This document shows positions 8,104 to 17,111 of a stretch of DNA of 45,931 bases, in pieces. The notes below the pieces were generated by a model. That model did not search any database, had not been told where the DNA came from, and saw nothing but the letters and a program-made list of their open reading frames with translations. The stretch is taken from the NCBI GenBank assembly GCA_041491905.1, contig JBGPVY010000001.1, positions 1 to 45,931 on the forward strand, written 5' to 3'. This DNA comes from Nitrospiraceae bacterium (lineage in GTDB: Bacteria; Nitrospirota; Nitrospiria; Nitrospirales; Nitrospiraceae). The position numbers were made by a program, and so were the translations under genes. Each line of letters begins with the position of its first letter. The first letter of the stretch is position 1.

Positions 8104-8497
8104 TGACTGTCCCTCCTTCTCGATAAATGTGTGCCTTGACGACGCTCGTCGTGGCCCTGAACGCTGCCACCATGTTGGCCAGGTTGACCAGGAACGATCG
8201 GCTCGAACCCTGTACCGTCTCATGGACCCGTTGCACGGTGTCGCCCAGTGCCCCCGCCGCATGCAGCAGTACCGCCGCATGCTCGACCCCACCCCGCGCA
8301 TGCTCGACGAGCGCGTTCAGTTTCTCCGTCGTCGCCCGCATCTCCTTGAGCAACAACGGCAGCTCGGCGTTCATGCGGACCAATAGGTATTCCGATTCCG
8401 CCACCGGTTTCCTGAGTCGTATCAACAGCGGAACCAGTGAGCCGACCAGCACCGCCAACGCCCCCGCCCCCCCCCACAGGGCAATCTCGACAATCAT
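8093..8497 (-). CDS. DUF948-like membrane-anchored stress protein
   Basis: N-terminal TM segment followed by a long helical region (LLLKEMRATTEKLNALVEHARGGVEHAAVLLHAAGALGDTVQRV). Paired with YtxH, an arrangement I recall as common in stress operons. Confidence 0.65.
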   Translation of the reverse strand: MIVEIALWGGAGALAVLVGSLVPLLIRLRKPVAESEYLLVRMNAELPLLLKEMRATTEKLNALVEHARGGVEHAAVLLHAAGALGDTVQRVHETVQGSSRSFLVNLANMVAAFRATTSVVKAHIYREGGTVNGR

Positions 8498-8556
8498 AAG
8501 ACTCCTCCTCCGCTATCAGACTCCCGCTAGATCAGCAGGCCCCTCCACGTACCGTC

Positions 8557-8640
8557 TTATCGAAGGACACCGAGAAACCAAAGGGCGACGAGCAACGTGA
8601 ACGGAACTCCCAGCAGCCAGAGAATCAACCCTTTTCCCAT
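8557..8640 (-). CDS. 27-aa hydrophobic peptide (MGKGLILWLLGVPFTLLVALWFLGVLR)
   Basis: AAGGAGA lies 7 nt upstream of the ATG at 8640. Sits 24 nt downstream of the ferritin-like gene. Below the ORF-track cutoff. Confidence 0.4.
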   Translation of the reverse strand: MGKGLILWLLGVPFTLLVALWFLGVLR

Positions 8641-8664
8641 GATGGCATCTCCTTTCTTGCCCGG

Positions 8665-9297
8665 CTAACGACCGGGCTCATGCGCATGCGGGCCCAGCTC
8701 CTTCAGGAGGCTGGCCAGATCCTCTGCATGCTCTTCTTCCTGCGCAAGAATCCCCTCCAATACTTTACGAGTCGTGGGATCATCAGTGCCGACATAGGTG
8801 ACCATTTCACGATAGCTGTCGATCGCGATCCGTTCGGCAATCAGGTCTTCCGTGATCATCTCCACCAATGAATCCCCTTCAACATATTCCGAGTGGCTCC
8901 GGCTCAGAATCCCTTCCGGGGACAGATTTGGCTCACCCCCAAGTTGGACAATGCGTTCGGCCAATTGATCGGCATGGGCTTGTTCCTCTATGGCATGCTG
9001 GAGAAACTCGCCTTTCACGCTTAGGGAACTGATCCCGGTGGCCATGAAGTAATGGCGCTTATAGCGAAGGACGCAAACGATTTCTGTGGCGAGGGCTTCA
9101 TTCAGCAGCTTGATCACCGTCTCCGCTTTGGCCTTGTACCCCGCTGTCATGGCGCCGTCCTCAATCCCTTGTCGTGCTCGAGCCCGGAGCGTCTTCACAT
9201 CAGTCAGACCGATGGCTTCTTTTATGATTCCTTCTTTTTGCGGAGTGCGAGGCGCTCTTGTTCCAGGTTGCACCGTCATTGATGTGGGTTCTTTCAC
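8665..9297 (-). CDS. Ferritin-like / bacterioferritin-family protein
   Basis: LLNEALATEIVCVLRYKRHYFMATG...EFLQHAIEEQAHADQLAERIVQLGGEP...LIAERIAIDSYREM...ILAQEEEHAEDL (di-iron ExxH motifs). GTG start with AGGAGGA upstream. Confidence 0.8.
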   Translation of the reverse strand: MKEPTSMTVQPGTRAPRTPQKEGIIKEAIGLTDVKTLRARARQGIEDGAMTAGYKAKAETVIKLLNEALATEIVCVLRYKRHYFMATGISSLSVKGEFLQHAIEEQAHADQLAERIVQLGGEPNLSPEGILSRSHSEYVEGDSLVEMITEDLIAERIAIDSYREMVTYVGTDDPTTRKVLEGILAQEEEHAEDLASLLKELGPHAHEPGR

Positions 9298-9367
9298 AAT
9301 TTCCTCCTGTCGGGGAGTCCCCCCCCGTTTCTATTTTGTCCATCATGAGTCGCCCAAGGCGTTCCTT

Positions 9368-10012
9368 TCATCCTCGTGCGGTTTCCACCAAAGCCGGCTC
9401 GCAGAACTGCAGCCGCTTCTCCACTGACTTCCAATCGATGTTGGAGAAGAACGCCTCGATGTAGGACGCTCTCTCTGCAGGCTTGTAATCGAGCAGATAC
9501 GCGTGTTCCCACACATCCATGACGAGGATCGGAATGAACCCCGCCATATGCCCATGTTCATGAAGACTGATCCAATAGTTGGAAAGACGGCCGCTCGCTG
9601 GGTTCAAGGAGCACACCGCCCAGCCGACCCCGCGTAGCATGCCCACGCCACAAAAATCCGTCTTCCAGAGGTCAACGCTCCCATAACTGTTTTCTGCGGC
9701 TTGGGCAAACAGAGAGTGCCTGCCCGGATGATCCGCAGCCCCGTGCGTCAAATTACCGAAGTAATGCTCGTGAAGCACCATCCCGTTATATTCAAATCCC
9801 AGCCGCCTGGACAGTTCGGAATAGGCCGGCATTTCCTCATGATCCACCTTGCCATCCTTTAAAAGATCGAAAATATGTTCATTCAACTCATTGGTGGCGT
9901 TGACATACCCTTTATACAGGCCCATATGCATGTCCATCGTCCGGTCGGATATTCCTCTCAGTCCATGCAAATTAAACCCTTGGGGCTTATGCGTTTCGAG
10001 GGCCTTGATCAT
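9368..10012 (-). CDS. Fe/Mn-family superoxide dismutase
   Basis: Start MIKALETHK (GGAAGGAGA upstream). Contains NGMVLHEHYF and MDVWEHAYLLDY motifs. The 5' extension of the listed ORF is rejected. Confidence 0.8.
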   Translation of the reverse strand: MIKALETHKPQGFNLHGLRGISDRTMDMHMGLYKGYVNATNELNEHIFDLLKDGKVDHEEMPAYSELSRRLGFEYNGMVLHEHYFGNLTHGAADHPGRHSLFAQAAENSYGSVDLWKTDFCGVGMLRGVGWAVCSLNPASGRLSNYWISLHEHGHMAGFIPILVMDVWEHAYLLDYKPAERASYIEAFFSNIDWKSVEKRLQFCEPALVETARG

Positions 10013-10041
10013 GATGTCTCCTTCCTTGTCGTCCCTTTTGG

Positions 10042-10743
10042 CTATGCCTGTACTCGTTGGATCCGATCGTCGGTTGCGGGATGCGTCGCGAAGAAGCCTC
10101 CTGCCCCCGCACCTTCGACCTGCATCAGCCACGTCAGCGTGGTTGCCATGATCCGTTTGCCATCGCGCCCAGTACGCTGTAGGAGCTCGGCGCCATGGCG
10201 ATCAGCCGCGTATTCCGCGTCTCGCCCGTAAGGCCGCGCGATCAACAGATCCCCGGCGATCGGCACCAGCCCTGCGCCCGGCACACCGAACGCGTTGAGC
10301 AGGACGGCGGCAATATTCGTCCCGGTCCCGATGGTCTGCAGCTTGGTCACGTGTCCGAGATCCGCATGCGCGACCTCATGCGCAAGGATGCCTGCGAGCT
10401 GCTCATCGTTCGCCTTCATAAGAAGTCCGGTCGTCACATAGAATTCGCCGCCACCTGCATTGGCGGCATTGATGTGGGAATCATCCATCAGCCCGATGCG
10501 GACCTGATCCAGCGGGATCGGGTGATCCATCTTCTGCAGTAAGGGGGTCATCAGCGTTCTCAGCCGCTCGGCTTGTTGTGGATCTAATTGTCGCCCCTCC
10601 GGGGCCGATTGCTTGCCGGCAGTCGGCGCCGGTGACCCGGACGGCGCCTGCGAGGTGTGCATCGGACAACCTGACATCAAAAGGACCAAGCCAAACGCAG
10701 AGGCAATGGGGCGCCATGAAAAGGAGGGTCGGCTCAGGGGCAT
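10042..10743 (-). CDS. M48-family Zn-metallopeptidase lipoprotein
   Basis: Lipobox LLMSGC. HEVAHADLGH (HExxH) and downstream EYAADRHG. Confidence 0.8.
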   Translation of the reverse strand: MPLSRPSFSWRPIASAFGLVLLMSGCPMHTSQAPSGSPAPTAGKQSAPEGRQLDPQQAERLRTLMTPLLQKMDHPIPLDQVRIGLMDDSHINAANAGGGEFYVTTGLLMKANDEQLAGILAHEVAHADLGHVTKLQTIGTGTNIAAVLLNAFGVPGAGLVPIAGDLLIARPYGRDAEYAADRHGAELLQRTGRDGKRIMATTLTWLMQVEGAGAGGFFATHPATDDRIQRVQA

Positions 10744-10764
10744 GGTTACGCCTTTCTCAAGACC

Positions 10765-11340
10765 TTATGACTTCTCTTTCAACGTGAGATCGTTCTTCAC
10801 GGATTTCACACCGGGGACTTGCCGGGTCGTCCAGGACGCTTGGGCACTGGTCGTAATGTCTGGAACCTCACCGGTCAGCGAGACAACCCCCGCATTGGTC
10901 TGAACATTAATATCGGCGTCCTTGACACGCGAGTCCTTCATCAGTTGCGAATCCTTCGCGATGTGCTCTTTGACGCGTGCAGTAATGGCCTCATCCTTCT
11001 CCTCCACCGCGTCGCGTGTAGACAGGGCGATCACCTCTAGGTCGTTCTTCACGCTCTTGACGCCATCGAGCCCTGCGGTGATCCCCTCCGCCGCACGCTT
11101 CGCCATGTCGGAATCGACCTTACCGCGGAGCATCACCCGGCCCCCTGTGGTCTCGACCTCGATCTGTCTCCCTTTGACCCGGGAATCGGCAGCGAGGGCG
11201 ATCTTGGTTTTCGCCGTCAGCCATGAGTCGTTGACCAGTGCCTTCTCTTTGGATACGTCAACGGCGGTGGCCGGTGTCGCGATGAGCGCCGCGCCGACAA
11301 CCAGAGCGGTGCAGAGCGTGACCAAATAGTGTGTCTTCAT
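10765..11340 (-). CDS. BON-domain (OsmY-like) periplasmic stress protein
   Basis: Signal peptide plus two BON repeats (IEVETTGGRVMLRGKVDSDMAKRAAEGI..GVKSVKNDL; INVQTNAGVVSLTGEVPD...GVKSVKNDL). Confidence 0.85.
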   Translation of the reverse strand: MKTHYLVTLCTALVVGAALIATPATAVDVSKEKALVNDSWLTAKTKIALAADSRVKGRQIEVETTGGRVMLRGKVDSDMAKRAAEGITAGLDGVKSVKNDLEVIALSTRDAVEEKDEAITARVKEHIAKDSQLMKDSRVKDADINVQTNAGVVSLTGEVPDITTSAQASWTTRQVPGVKSVKNDLTLKEKS

Positions 11341-11403
11341 GATCTTCTCCTTAACTAAAATGTGAGCTTACTCAGTGATCCATCTCTTCTTGATGACTTT
11401 TCC

Positions 11404-11667
11404 TCAGCGCGTCTTTTCCTTCGTGGCTTCCGGCTGAAACCGCTGATGCCACTGATCTGCCCGCTTCATGAGTTCCTCTTTCTTCTCGCCGTAATATTCC
11501 TGAACTAAGGTGACACAGTTCTCACCGTACCGTTCCTGGAGCTGGCCGAGAATCATGTCGAAGCTTCCTTCGATCCGCTGCAAGTCATCATTGGTAAACT
11601 TGCCCCACTGCTGTTTCAGTTCGCCTCTGAATTGCATCCATATCCCCTTGAGTTGATCCGCATTCAT
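11404..11667 (-). CDS. CsbD-like general stress protein (extended C-terminus)
   Basis: MNADQLKGIWMQFRGELKQQWGKFTNDDLQRIEGSFDMILGQLQERYG... AGGAGGAGGA lies upstream of the ATG at 11667. Confidence 0.8.
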   Translation of the reverse strand: MNADQLKGIWMQFRGELKQQWGKFTNDDLQRIEGSFDMILGQLQERYGENCVTLVQEYYGEKKEELMKRADQWHQRFQPEATKEKTR

Positions 11668-11738
11668 GGTTTCCTCCTCCTGTGTGAGATGGCGCTGCCT
11701 CAGCAAACCAAAGAGTCGCGGCTTTGAAGGAGCGCGAG

Positions 11739-12695
11739 TCAGCGCTTAGCAATCGAGTCCACATGGACGGTAGACGATGAACCCGTGTCCGCGATGATTT
11801 TATCCCCCACACGAATGTTGTCGTTCCGAACGGTCGCAGAATTTGTTTGGAGGTGTACGTCCCTTCCCGTTAAGTCCCTGACGACGTACCCGTTCTCGTC
11901 AGTCCATACGACTTCTCCTTGGACGATGTGAGGACTGTCGAGTCTGTACATGGTCGTCACATACGGGGCATCGGAAGGCATCGGATTCGTAATCGCCACT
12001 ACCTTGTCTCCTACCGTGATGTTACGATCGAATCTGGTTGTGTTGTCCACCCGGAGACGCATGTCCCTGCCGCCTGACTCCCTGATGACGTATCCGTCCC
12101 CGTCAATCCGCACCACTTCTCCTTGAAGGACGTTAGGATTACCGAGTTTGTACATACTGTATATCGAGGCATCGGAAGGCATCGTACTCGTAATTACCAC
12201 CACCCTGTCTTGTGTTCGGATGTCCCGATCGAGTCTGGTCGTGTTGTCCACGTGGAGACGCACGTCCCTGCCGGAATTCTCTTTGACCACGTAATCGTTC
12301 CCGTCCTGCTGCTGGACAATACCTTCTACCGTTTGGATGCGAGGCGAGGCGTTGGCCGAGGGCTGAGCCGACTTACTTGTGCCGCGTGTGATTGAGGTAG
12401 CATAGGCACTTGAAGGCGGGCCATCGTATCGTGCCACTACGGTATCCCCAACTGCGATATTATCTCTCACGGTATTTCTGTCGGAAACGACGCGTATTTG
12501 TCGTCCGGATAGTTCCCTGATGACATAGGCGTTGCCTTCGTTCCGTACGACTTGACCCTCGATTACCGGCGATTGGGACTGAAATACTGGTCTCATAGGC
12601 GCGGTCGTGGAGGAAGGGGGGCTATCTGCCGCGCAACCCGTTAATCCAACAATCAACAGGGTGGCCAGTGCAAAGTGTGTCGTAGGTTGGTTCAT
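11739..12695 (-). CDS. Lipoprotein built from four tandem 60-65 aa beta-rich modules
   Basis: Lipobox LTGC. Four repeats of the pattern (I/V)xGxVVxxDGxxYV(I/V)R(E/D)xxGR(D/Q)(V/M/I)RLxVDNTTRxDRxIxxGDxVV. Confidence 0.75.
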   Translation of the reverse strand: MNQPTTHFALATLLIVGLTGCAADSPPSSTTAPMRPVFQSQSPVIEGQVVRNEGNAYVIRELSGRQIRVVSDRNTVRDNIAVGDTVVARYDGPPSSAYATSITRGTSKSAQPSANASPRIQTVEGIVQQQDGNDYVVKENSGRDVRLHVDNTTRLDRDIRTQDRVVVITSTMPSDASIYSMYKLGNPNVLQGEVVRIDGDGYVIRESGGRDMRLRVDNTTRFDRNITVGDKVVAITNPMPSDAPYVTTMYRLDSPHIVQGEVVWTDENGYVVRDLTGRDVHLQTNSATVRNDNIRVGDKIIADTGSSSTVHVDSIAKR

Positions 12696-12766
12696 GACAT
12701 TGCTCCTTTTCCAAGAGGTTTTATTGCCTATTGTCGACGCCTAAACTAACAGCTATTTCCTTGGTG

Positions 12767-12784
12767 ATCTGGTCACAATTGCTC
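12767..12784 (-). promoter_or_regulatory. Stress-promoter element copy 1 (GAGCAATTGTGACCAGAT), reads toward 12695
   Basis: -10-like TAGTTT at 12743-12748, starting 22 nt after GACC. Lies 71 nt upstream of the ATG at 12695. Confidence 0.6.
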
Positions 12785-12890
12785 ACAGTCTCTGAATGTA
12801 TTGAATGGTGAGACGGGTTACGTAGCCACCGGGTCCGCCCGTTATTCGCGTTTCCGATCTCAGCGTTGGCTGCCTTGCCCGGTGCTGCCG

Positions 12891-13154
12891 TCAGCACATC
12901 TTTTCCTTCGTGGCTTCCGGCTGAAACCGCTGCTGCCACTGATCTGCCCACTTCATGAGTTCCTCTTTCTTCTCGCCGTAGTGTTCCTGAACTAAGGTGA
13001 CACAGTTCTCACCGTACCGTTCCTGGAGCTGGCCGAGAATCATGTCGAAGCTTCCTTCGATCTGCTGCAAGTCATCATTGGTAAACTTGCCCCACTGCTG
13101 TTTCAGGTCGCCTTTGACCTGCATCCATTTCCCCTTGAGTTGATCCGCATTCAT
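12891..13154 (-). CDS. CsbD-like general stress protein, paralog
   Basis: Differs from 11404-11667 at 10 of 87 residues. AGGAGGGGGA lies upstream of the ATG at 13154. Confidence 0.8.
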   Translation of the reverse strand: MNADQLKGKWMQVKGDLKQQWGKFTNDDLQQIEGSFDMILGQLQERYGENCVTLVQEHYGEKKEELMKWADQWQQRFQPEATKEKMC

Positions 13155-13263
13155 GGTTTCCCCCTCCTGTGTGAGATGACGCTGCCTCACTGTTCGTATC
13201 GATCTGGCCCCGTCATCCATAGTCTTCCCGTTGCTGACCATTATGGCTAGAGGACCGGCAGCG

Positions 13264-13281
13264 GTCTGGTCTGAATTGCTC
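13264..13281 (-). promoter_or_regulatory. Stress-promoter element copy 2 (GAGCAATTCAGACCAGAC), reads toward 13154
   Basis: CATAAT at 13240-13245 at the fixed spacing. The whole leader is homologous to copy 4 (18041-18090). Confidence 0.6.
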
Positions 13282-13585
13282 AGATATAAAGAATTGTTCC
13301 GGTAGCAGCTTGACGCTGCACCCGCTTGTGCGACTGGAATTGGGTTTTGGGCCGAACTCTTTCAACAGGCTGGCGAGATCTTCTGTCGGAGAGTGTGAGT
13401 TGTGCGTGACGCTAGATCAGTGGGCCGCTTGTGTCGAATAGTCCATGAGACGTCATCACAATCGACGACAGCCGTTTCCCTGGATCAATAAAAGCTGGAC
13501 TCGCCTCTACATCGTCCGGGCGGGTACTCTCAAATACTTGAAATCAATAGACATTTTTATTTCGGTTTGATAGTGTGCAAAATCA

Positions 13586-15139
13586 ATGGCGCTCTTGATT
13601 CAGACAGTGCGCAGCGGGGACCCTCCTCCTCTCAAGTGTCAGTCGCTCACTCGCGTAGCCATTGCTTCCCGCGCCTCAGTGTTTTTCTTGGGTTCACTCC
13701 TGCTTCTGGTCTCAACTCCCGATATGGCGTGTTCTTATACCCAGGGCGATCTCTATCGCCAGGCCAAGGCGTCGACCGTTTTGATTGTGGGTATTAACGA
13801 TGAATCCAATGCCCTCTCGTTCGGCAGCGGTGTGTTCATCTCGGAGCAGGGCCTGGTCCTGACCAATGCCCACGTGGTGGAAGATTCCACCCGACTTTTT
13901 GTCTATATCCGCAATCAAGCAATCGATTCGGGGGCAACTGTACTTGCGATCGACTCCGATCTCGATCTCGCCGCACTCCGCATCCAAACAGACCGTCCGG
14001 TTCCGTTCCTTCGGTTGGCGGCGGACATTCCTGACGAAGGCACGCCGACGATCGCGGTCGGATATCCGCGTATATCAGATGTCTTACACATGGGATTGAC
14101 GCTGCATGCGTCGGTCATTCCGATGACGATTACCGGTGCGGCCATGGGACGGTCCAGAACGGCAGGGTTGCCGGTTCCCTTCGTGCAAACCGTGGGGATG
14201 TTGAACGCCGGGAGTAGCGGAGGGCCGCTGGTGGACAGCGAGACCGGTGAGCTCGCGGGGCTGGTCGTACATACCGTGCCCTATTTGGAGCAGGTCAAGA
14301 ATGATCGAGGCGAGCGGCTGGGCACGGCCATGATGCGAGCCGGCCTCAGTTATTCCATCCCTGTATCTCGGCTGCGCGACTGGTTACAGAAGAACCGCAT
14401 TCCCTTTCCGACGAAGCAGACGGGTGAGATTCCTTTCACACCACTAGAAAAGGAACGCCCAACTCGTGCATTTCTCACGACCGCGCACCTCCTTCATCTG
14501 ATGGCGGCGGTCCTGCACCAGGATCGCGATCTCCTGGATCTCGCCATTCAACATTATGAATCGGCCTTGCAACTCGAACCGGAACGGCCTGACGTCTTAC
14601 GGAATCTCGGGCTCGCGTTGGCGGCGACGGGAGAGACGGACCGGGCGCGAGTGACGTATGAGCGGGCCTTCGCCCACACACCGAACGATCCCGTGCTCTT
14701 AAAGAATATGGGCGAACTCCGGTATCGCCTGCGAGACCCTCAGGGAGCGGCGGAACTGTATCGAGCGGCCATTCGACAAGACGCCTGTTTGGTGAGCGCA
14801 TCCTTAGGGCTGGGCACGGTCCTACAGGCACAAGGTCAAGTGGAGGAAGCGAAGCAGGTCCTCAGGCGTGCAGCGGCCTGTCCGTCGTCTTCGTCCGATG
14901 CAGCCTATCACGTGGGCCTCGCGTTGGAGCAACAGGGGCTAGGACGCGATGCATTACAAGTATGGGAGGATGTTCTTGGGCAAACCCCTAGTGCCTCGGT
15001 CAACGAGCGGCCCATGCTCAATAAGATTCGGCAGCGAATCGCCCAACTTCGCGCCCAACTCACGGCCCAGGACCGAGGGGTCAATATGGTGCCGGTTGCC
15101 TCAAACGCACCATCCTCCGTGCCCAAAGACGCCCACTAA
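13586..15139 (+). CDS. Trypsin-like (S1C/DegP-type) serine protease fused to C-terminal TPR repeats
   Basis: LVLTNAHVV, DLDLAALRI and GSSGGPLVDSETGELAGLV give the His/Asp/Ser triad context. The C-terminal half has TPR-like AxxxYxxAL repeats. Confidence 0.85.
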   Translation: MALLIQTVRSGDPPPLKCQSLTRVAIASRASVFFLGSLLLLVSTPDMACSYTQGDLYRQAKASTVLIVGINDESNALSFGSGVFISEQGLVLTNAHVVEDSTRLFVYIRNQAIDSGATVLAIDSDLDLAALRIQTDRPVPFLRLAADIPDEGTPTIAVGYPRISDVLHMGLTLHASVIPMTITGAAMGRSRTAGLPVPFVQTVGMLNAGSSGGPLVDSETGELAGLVVHTVPYLEQVKNDRGERLGTAMMRAGLSYSIPVSRLRDWLQKNRIPFPTKQTGEIPFTPLEKERPTRAFLTTAHLLHLMAAVLHQDRDLLDLAIQHYESALQLEPERPDVLRNLGLALAATGETDRARVTYERAFAHTPNDPVLLKNMGELRYRLRDPQGAAELYRAAIRQDACLVSASLGLGTVLQAQGQVEEAKQVLRRAAACPSSSSDAAYHVGLALEQQGLGRDALQVWEDVLGQTPSASVNERPMLNKIRQRIAQLRAQLTAQDRGVNMVPVASNAPSSVPKDAH

Positions 15140-15209
15140 ATTCCAACTCACCCGCTCGTCTCGTTCCCAGCCTAGCGATTCGTCGTCAAAAAACTAGGCA
15201 ACTTCCGCG

Positions 15210-15229
15210 GTGTGGTCAAAATTGCTCAG
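15210..15229 (+). promoter_or_regulatory. Stress-promoter element copy 3, the only copy in inverted orientation relative to its nearest gene
   Basis: + strand reads gtGTGGTCAAAATTGCTCAG. Reading rightward, TATGGT (15251-15256) lies 21 nt after the dyad and precedes the ATG at 15297. Reading leftward there is no -10 (TTTTGA). Confidence 0.4.
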
Positions 15230-15296
15230 ATAGCGCGACTCTGGAGAGCGTATGGTTAGCGGTATGCGTGTTGTACATCTAACCGAGGAGGCTCCC

Positions 15297-15695
15297 ATGG
15301 TATCTATTTCCAAAATCGTCGGTGTCCTGTCGTGTGGTTTCTTGCTGTGCCTCGGGCTATCCAACGCGGCGCAGGCAGAGCATGCACCTGCGCCCTCAGA
15401 CCTTATGAAAACTGACTCCGTAACTGATCGGCAAGGTTTTCAATCTGATGATGACAAGCAAAAGAATGTGAACAATGAGAAGGGAAGTAACCGGGCAGAA
15501 GGCGCCAAAACGATCGAGGGCGAACTGTTCCGCGTCGAAGACGGGAACTATTTCGTCAAGGTGAAGGACGGGAAGGAAGTACGTTTGCATACAGATAAAA
15601 CTACCCAGATGATGGGAGAAATCAAGAAGGGTGATCGTATTGAGGCGAAGGTGAACGATCAGAATCACGCGCTGTCGATTCGCTCGGCCCGATGA
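15297..15695 (+). CDS. Secreted single-module protein (same module as 11739-12695)
   Basis: GAGGAGG lies upstream of the ATG at 15297, followed by a signal peptide. C-terminal IEGELFRVEDGNYFVKVKDGKEVRLHTDKTTQMMGEIKKGDRIEAKV. Confidence 0.7.
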   Translation: MVSISKIVGVLSCGFLLCLGLSNAAQAEHAPAPSDLMKTDSVTDRQGFQSDDDKQKNVNNEKGSNRAEGAKTIEGELFRVEDGNYFVKVKDGKEVRLHTDKTTQMMGEIKKGDRIEAKVNDQNHALSIRSAR

Positions 15696-15917
15696 ACTGA
15701 TGCCGGTCACGGACATGAAGCTGGTCGTACGACTGACTCCACTCTCGAATCAAGCAAGACCGGTTTGATGGGACAGTAGTAATTGTCTCAGTGAATGCCT
15801 GCAGGTCGCTACGTCATAGGGTAGCGACCTGCCGACTCTTTGAGCGATGCCGTGGGAACGAATCGCACAAAAAGTCTCTATCCCGCCATGACAAGACAAG
15901 GGGAGCGGAGAGTACCC

Positions 15918-16433
15918 ATGACCGGTCTAACGAAGGCTCCTGACTGCTTATGGTCGATCGTCTTGACAGGGGTTGGGGGGTATGCCCCTCTCCTTCTCGC
16001 CTGCGTATTGCTCGCAGCAGCTTGCACCAATCCGGCGGTGCATCGGGCTACTCCCATGGATTCCCTTCCTCCATCGATGACGTCCCAGCCCGGTGACCGC
16101 CATGGCCTCGCCGGTGAATGGGAATATGTAGACGTCGCCGCTGTCCTGCTGACACTCGACGAGCAGGGCAACGGTCACTATGGTTGGAAAGGCGGGCGAT
16201 TCGAGACACACACGCTCAACGATCATACATGGCATGGCATGTGGTTTCAGAAGGAGAATGACCGAGATGGGGGATTTATGGCCGAGTTGTCACCAGATTT
16301 CTCAGAAGGGGAGGGACGCTGGTGGTACAGCCGCATCGGAGCCGACCATGCACCCATGCAAAAGGGCGGAACGTTTCATCTCTCCAAGAAGACTGCTATT
16401 CTAAACCACAGCGATACTTCACCGACACCGTGA
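15918..16433 (+). CDS. Hypothetical lipoprotein
   Basis: GGAGAG lies upstream of the ATG at 15918. Lipobox LLAAAC. Trp/Gly-rich soluble part. I recognise no family. Confidence 0.5.
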   Translation: MTGLTKAPDCLWSIVLTGVGGYAPLLLACVLLAAACTNPAVHRATPMDSLPPSMTSQPGDRHGLAGEWEYVDVAAVLLTLDEQGNGHYGWKGGRFETHTLNDHTWHGMWFQKENDRDGGFMAELSPDFSEGEGRWWYSRIGADHAPMQKGGTFHLSKKTAILNHSDTSPTP

Positions 16434-16612
16434 GAGCTTCTCACGCCTTAGCCGATGATCGGCAGGGAACCACATGGAAGGAGTGTCAGGCCGTTTATTC
16501 AGCGCTGGCTGGGCCGCCCTAGGCCGATTGAATAACAACATGGTTACACCTCCTGTGGAGTAGAAATCACATTTGACTAGGAACAGACACTCACTCATGC
16601 CAAGGGTCGACG

Positions 16613-16646
16613 TTCTGCTGTGCCGAAATAGTTTATCCGCAGCCTG
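16613..16646 (-). repeat. Copy of the CAGGCTGCGGA.AA...TTTCGGCACAGCAGAA repeat
   Basis: Minus strand reads CAGGCTGCGGATAAACTATTTCGGCACAGCAGAA. Matches 18527-18560 and 32191-32225. Confidence 0.5.
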
Positions 16647-16656
16647 CCAGGTACAG

Positions 16657-16685
16657 ATTGGGCCAGCCTTGCGGACTGGCCCAAT
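16657..16685. terminator. Perfect 10-bp stem hairpin between convergent genes
   Basis: ATTGGGCCAG-ccttgcgga-CTGGCCCAAT. No clear U-tract on either strand. Confidence 0.35.
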
Positions 16686-16721
16686 CTCTGGGCCTGAACT
16701 TCTCCGTTCGTATCTCCGAAC

Positions 16722-17018
16722 CTACATCTTCGGCTTTGCTTGTTTAATGGACGATGCATGGCCCTTATCCGTGGCCTGGGCCTCGATCTTGTCACCCGCT
16801 TTGAAGGTGCCGTCCAGCTGAGAGGTCTTGTCCACATGCAGACGGACTTCCTTGCCGGCCGTATCCTTCACCACGTAAAACTCCCCGTCGATCTTCAGCA
16901 GGTCCCCTTTGATCGTCTGGGTGCTTGGCTCGGCCATGTCACCAGCCGCGAATGAAAGGGATGCCATCCCGACACCGAGGATCATTGCGAACATGAACGG
17001 AACGATGAGCTTCTTCAT
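16722..17018 (-). CDS. Secreted single-module protein (same module family)
   Basis: AAGGAGG lies upstream of the ATG at 17018, followed by a signal peptide. IKGDLLKIDGEFYVVKDTAGKEVRLHVDKTSQLDGTFKAGDKIEAQA. Confidence 0.75.
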   Translation of the reverse strand: MKKLIVPFMFAMILGVGMASLSFAAGDMAEPSTQTIKGDLLKIDGEFYVVKDTAGKEVRLHVDKTSQLDGTFKAGDKIEAQATDKGHASSIKQAKPKM

Positions 17019-17111
17019 GACGGAACCTCCTTGTAAATGATTGCGTTGCATGCAATTGCGTTGACTCAGTCGTTTCGAACCGACACGAGCGATGCGCTTC
17101 CCAAGGCCTCC

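Noticed and set aside
13543-13588. FNR-like half sites ATCAA / TTGAT / ATCAA around the protease-TPR start codon (TTGAT-N10-ATCAA at 13567-13586).
   Set aside because: The spacer is 10 nt rather than the canonical 4, and the site overlaps the start codon. It is probably chance in an AT-rich stretch.
16939-17111. C-terminal 58 codons of the listed ORF 16939-17670.
   Set aside because: They are the product of the homopolymer frameshift at 17160-17164. They overlap the next gene and have no similarity to the BON paralogs.
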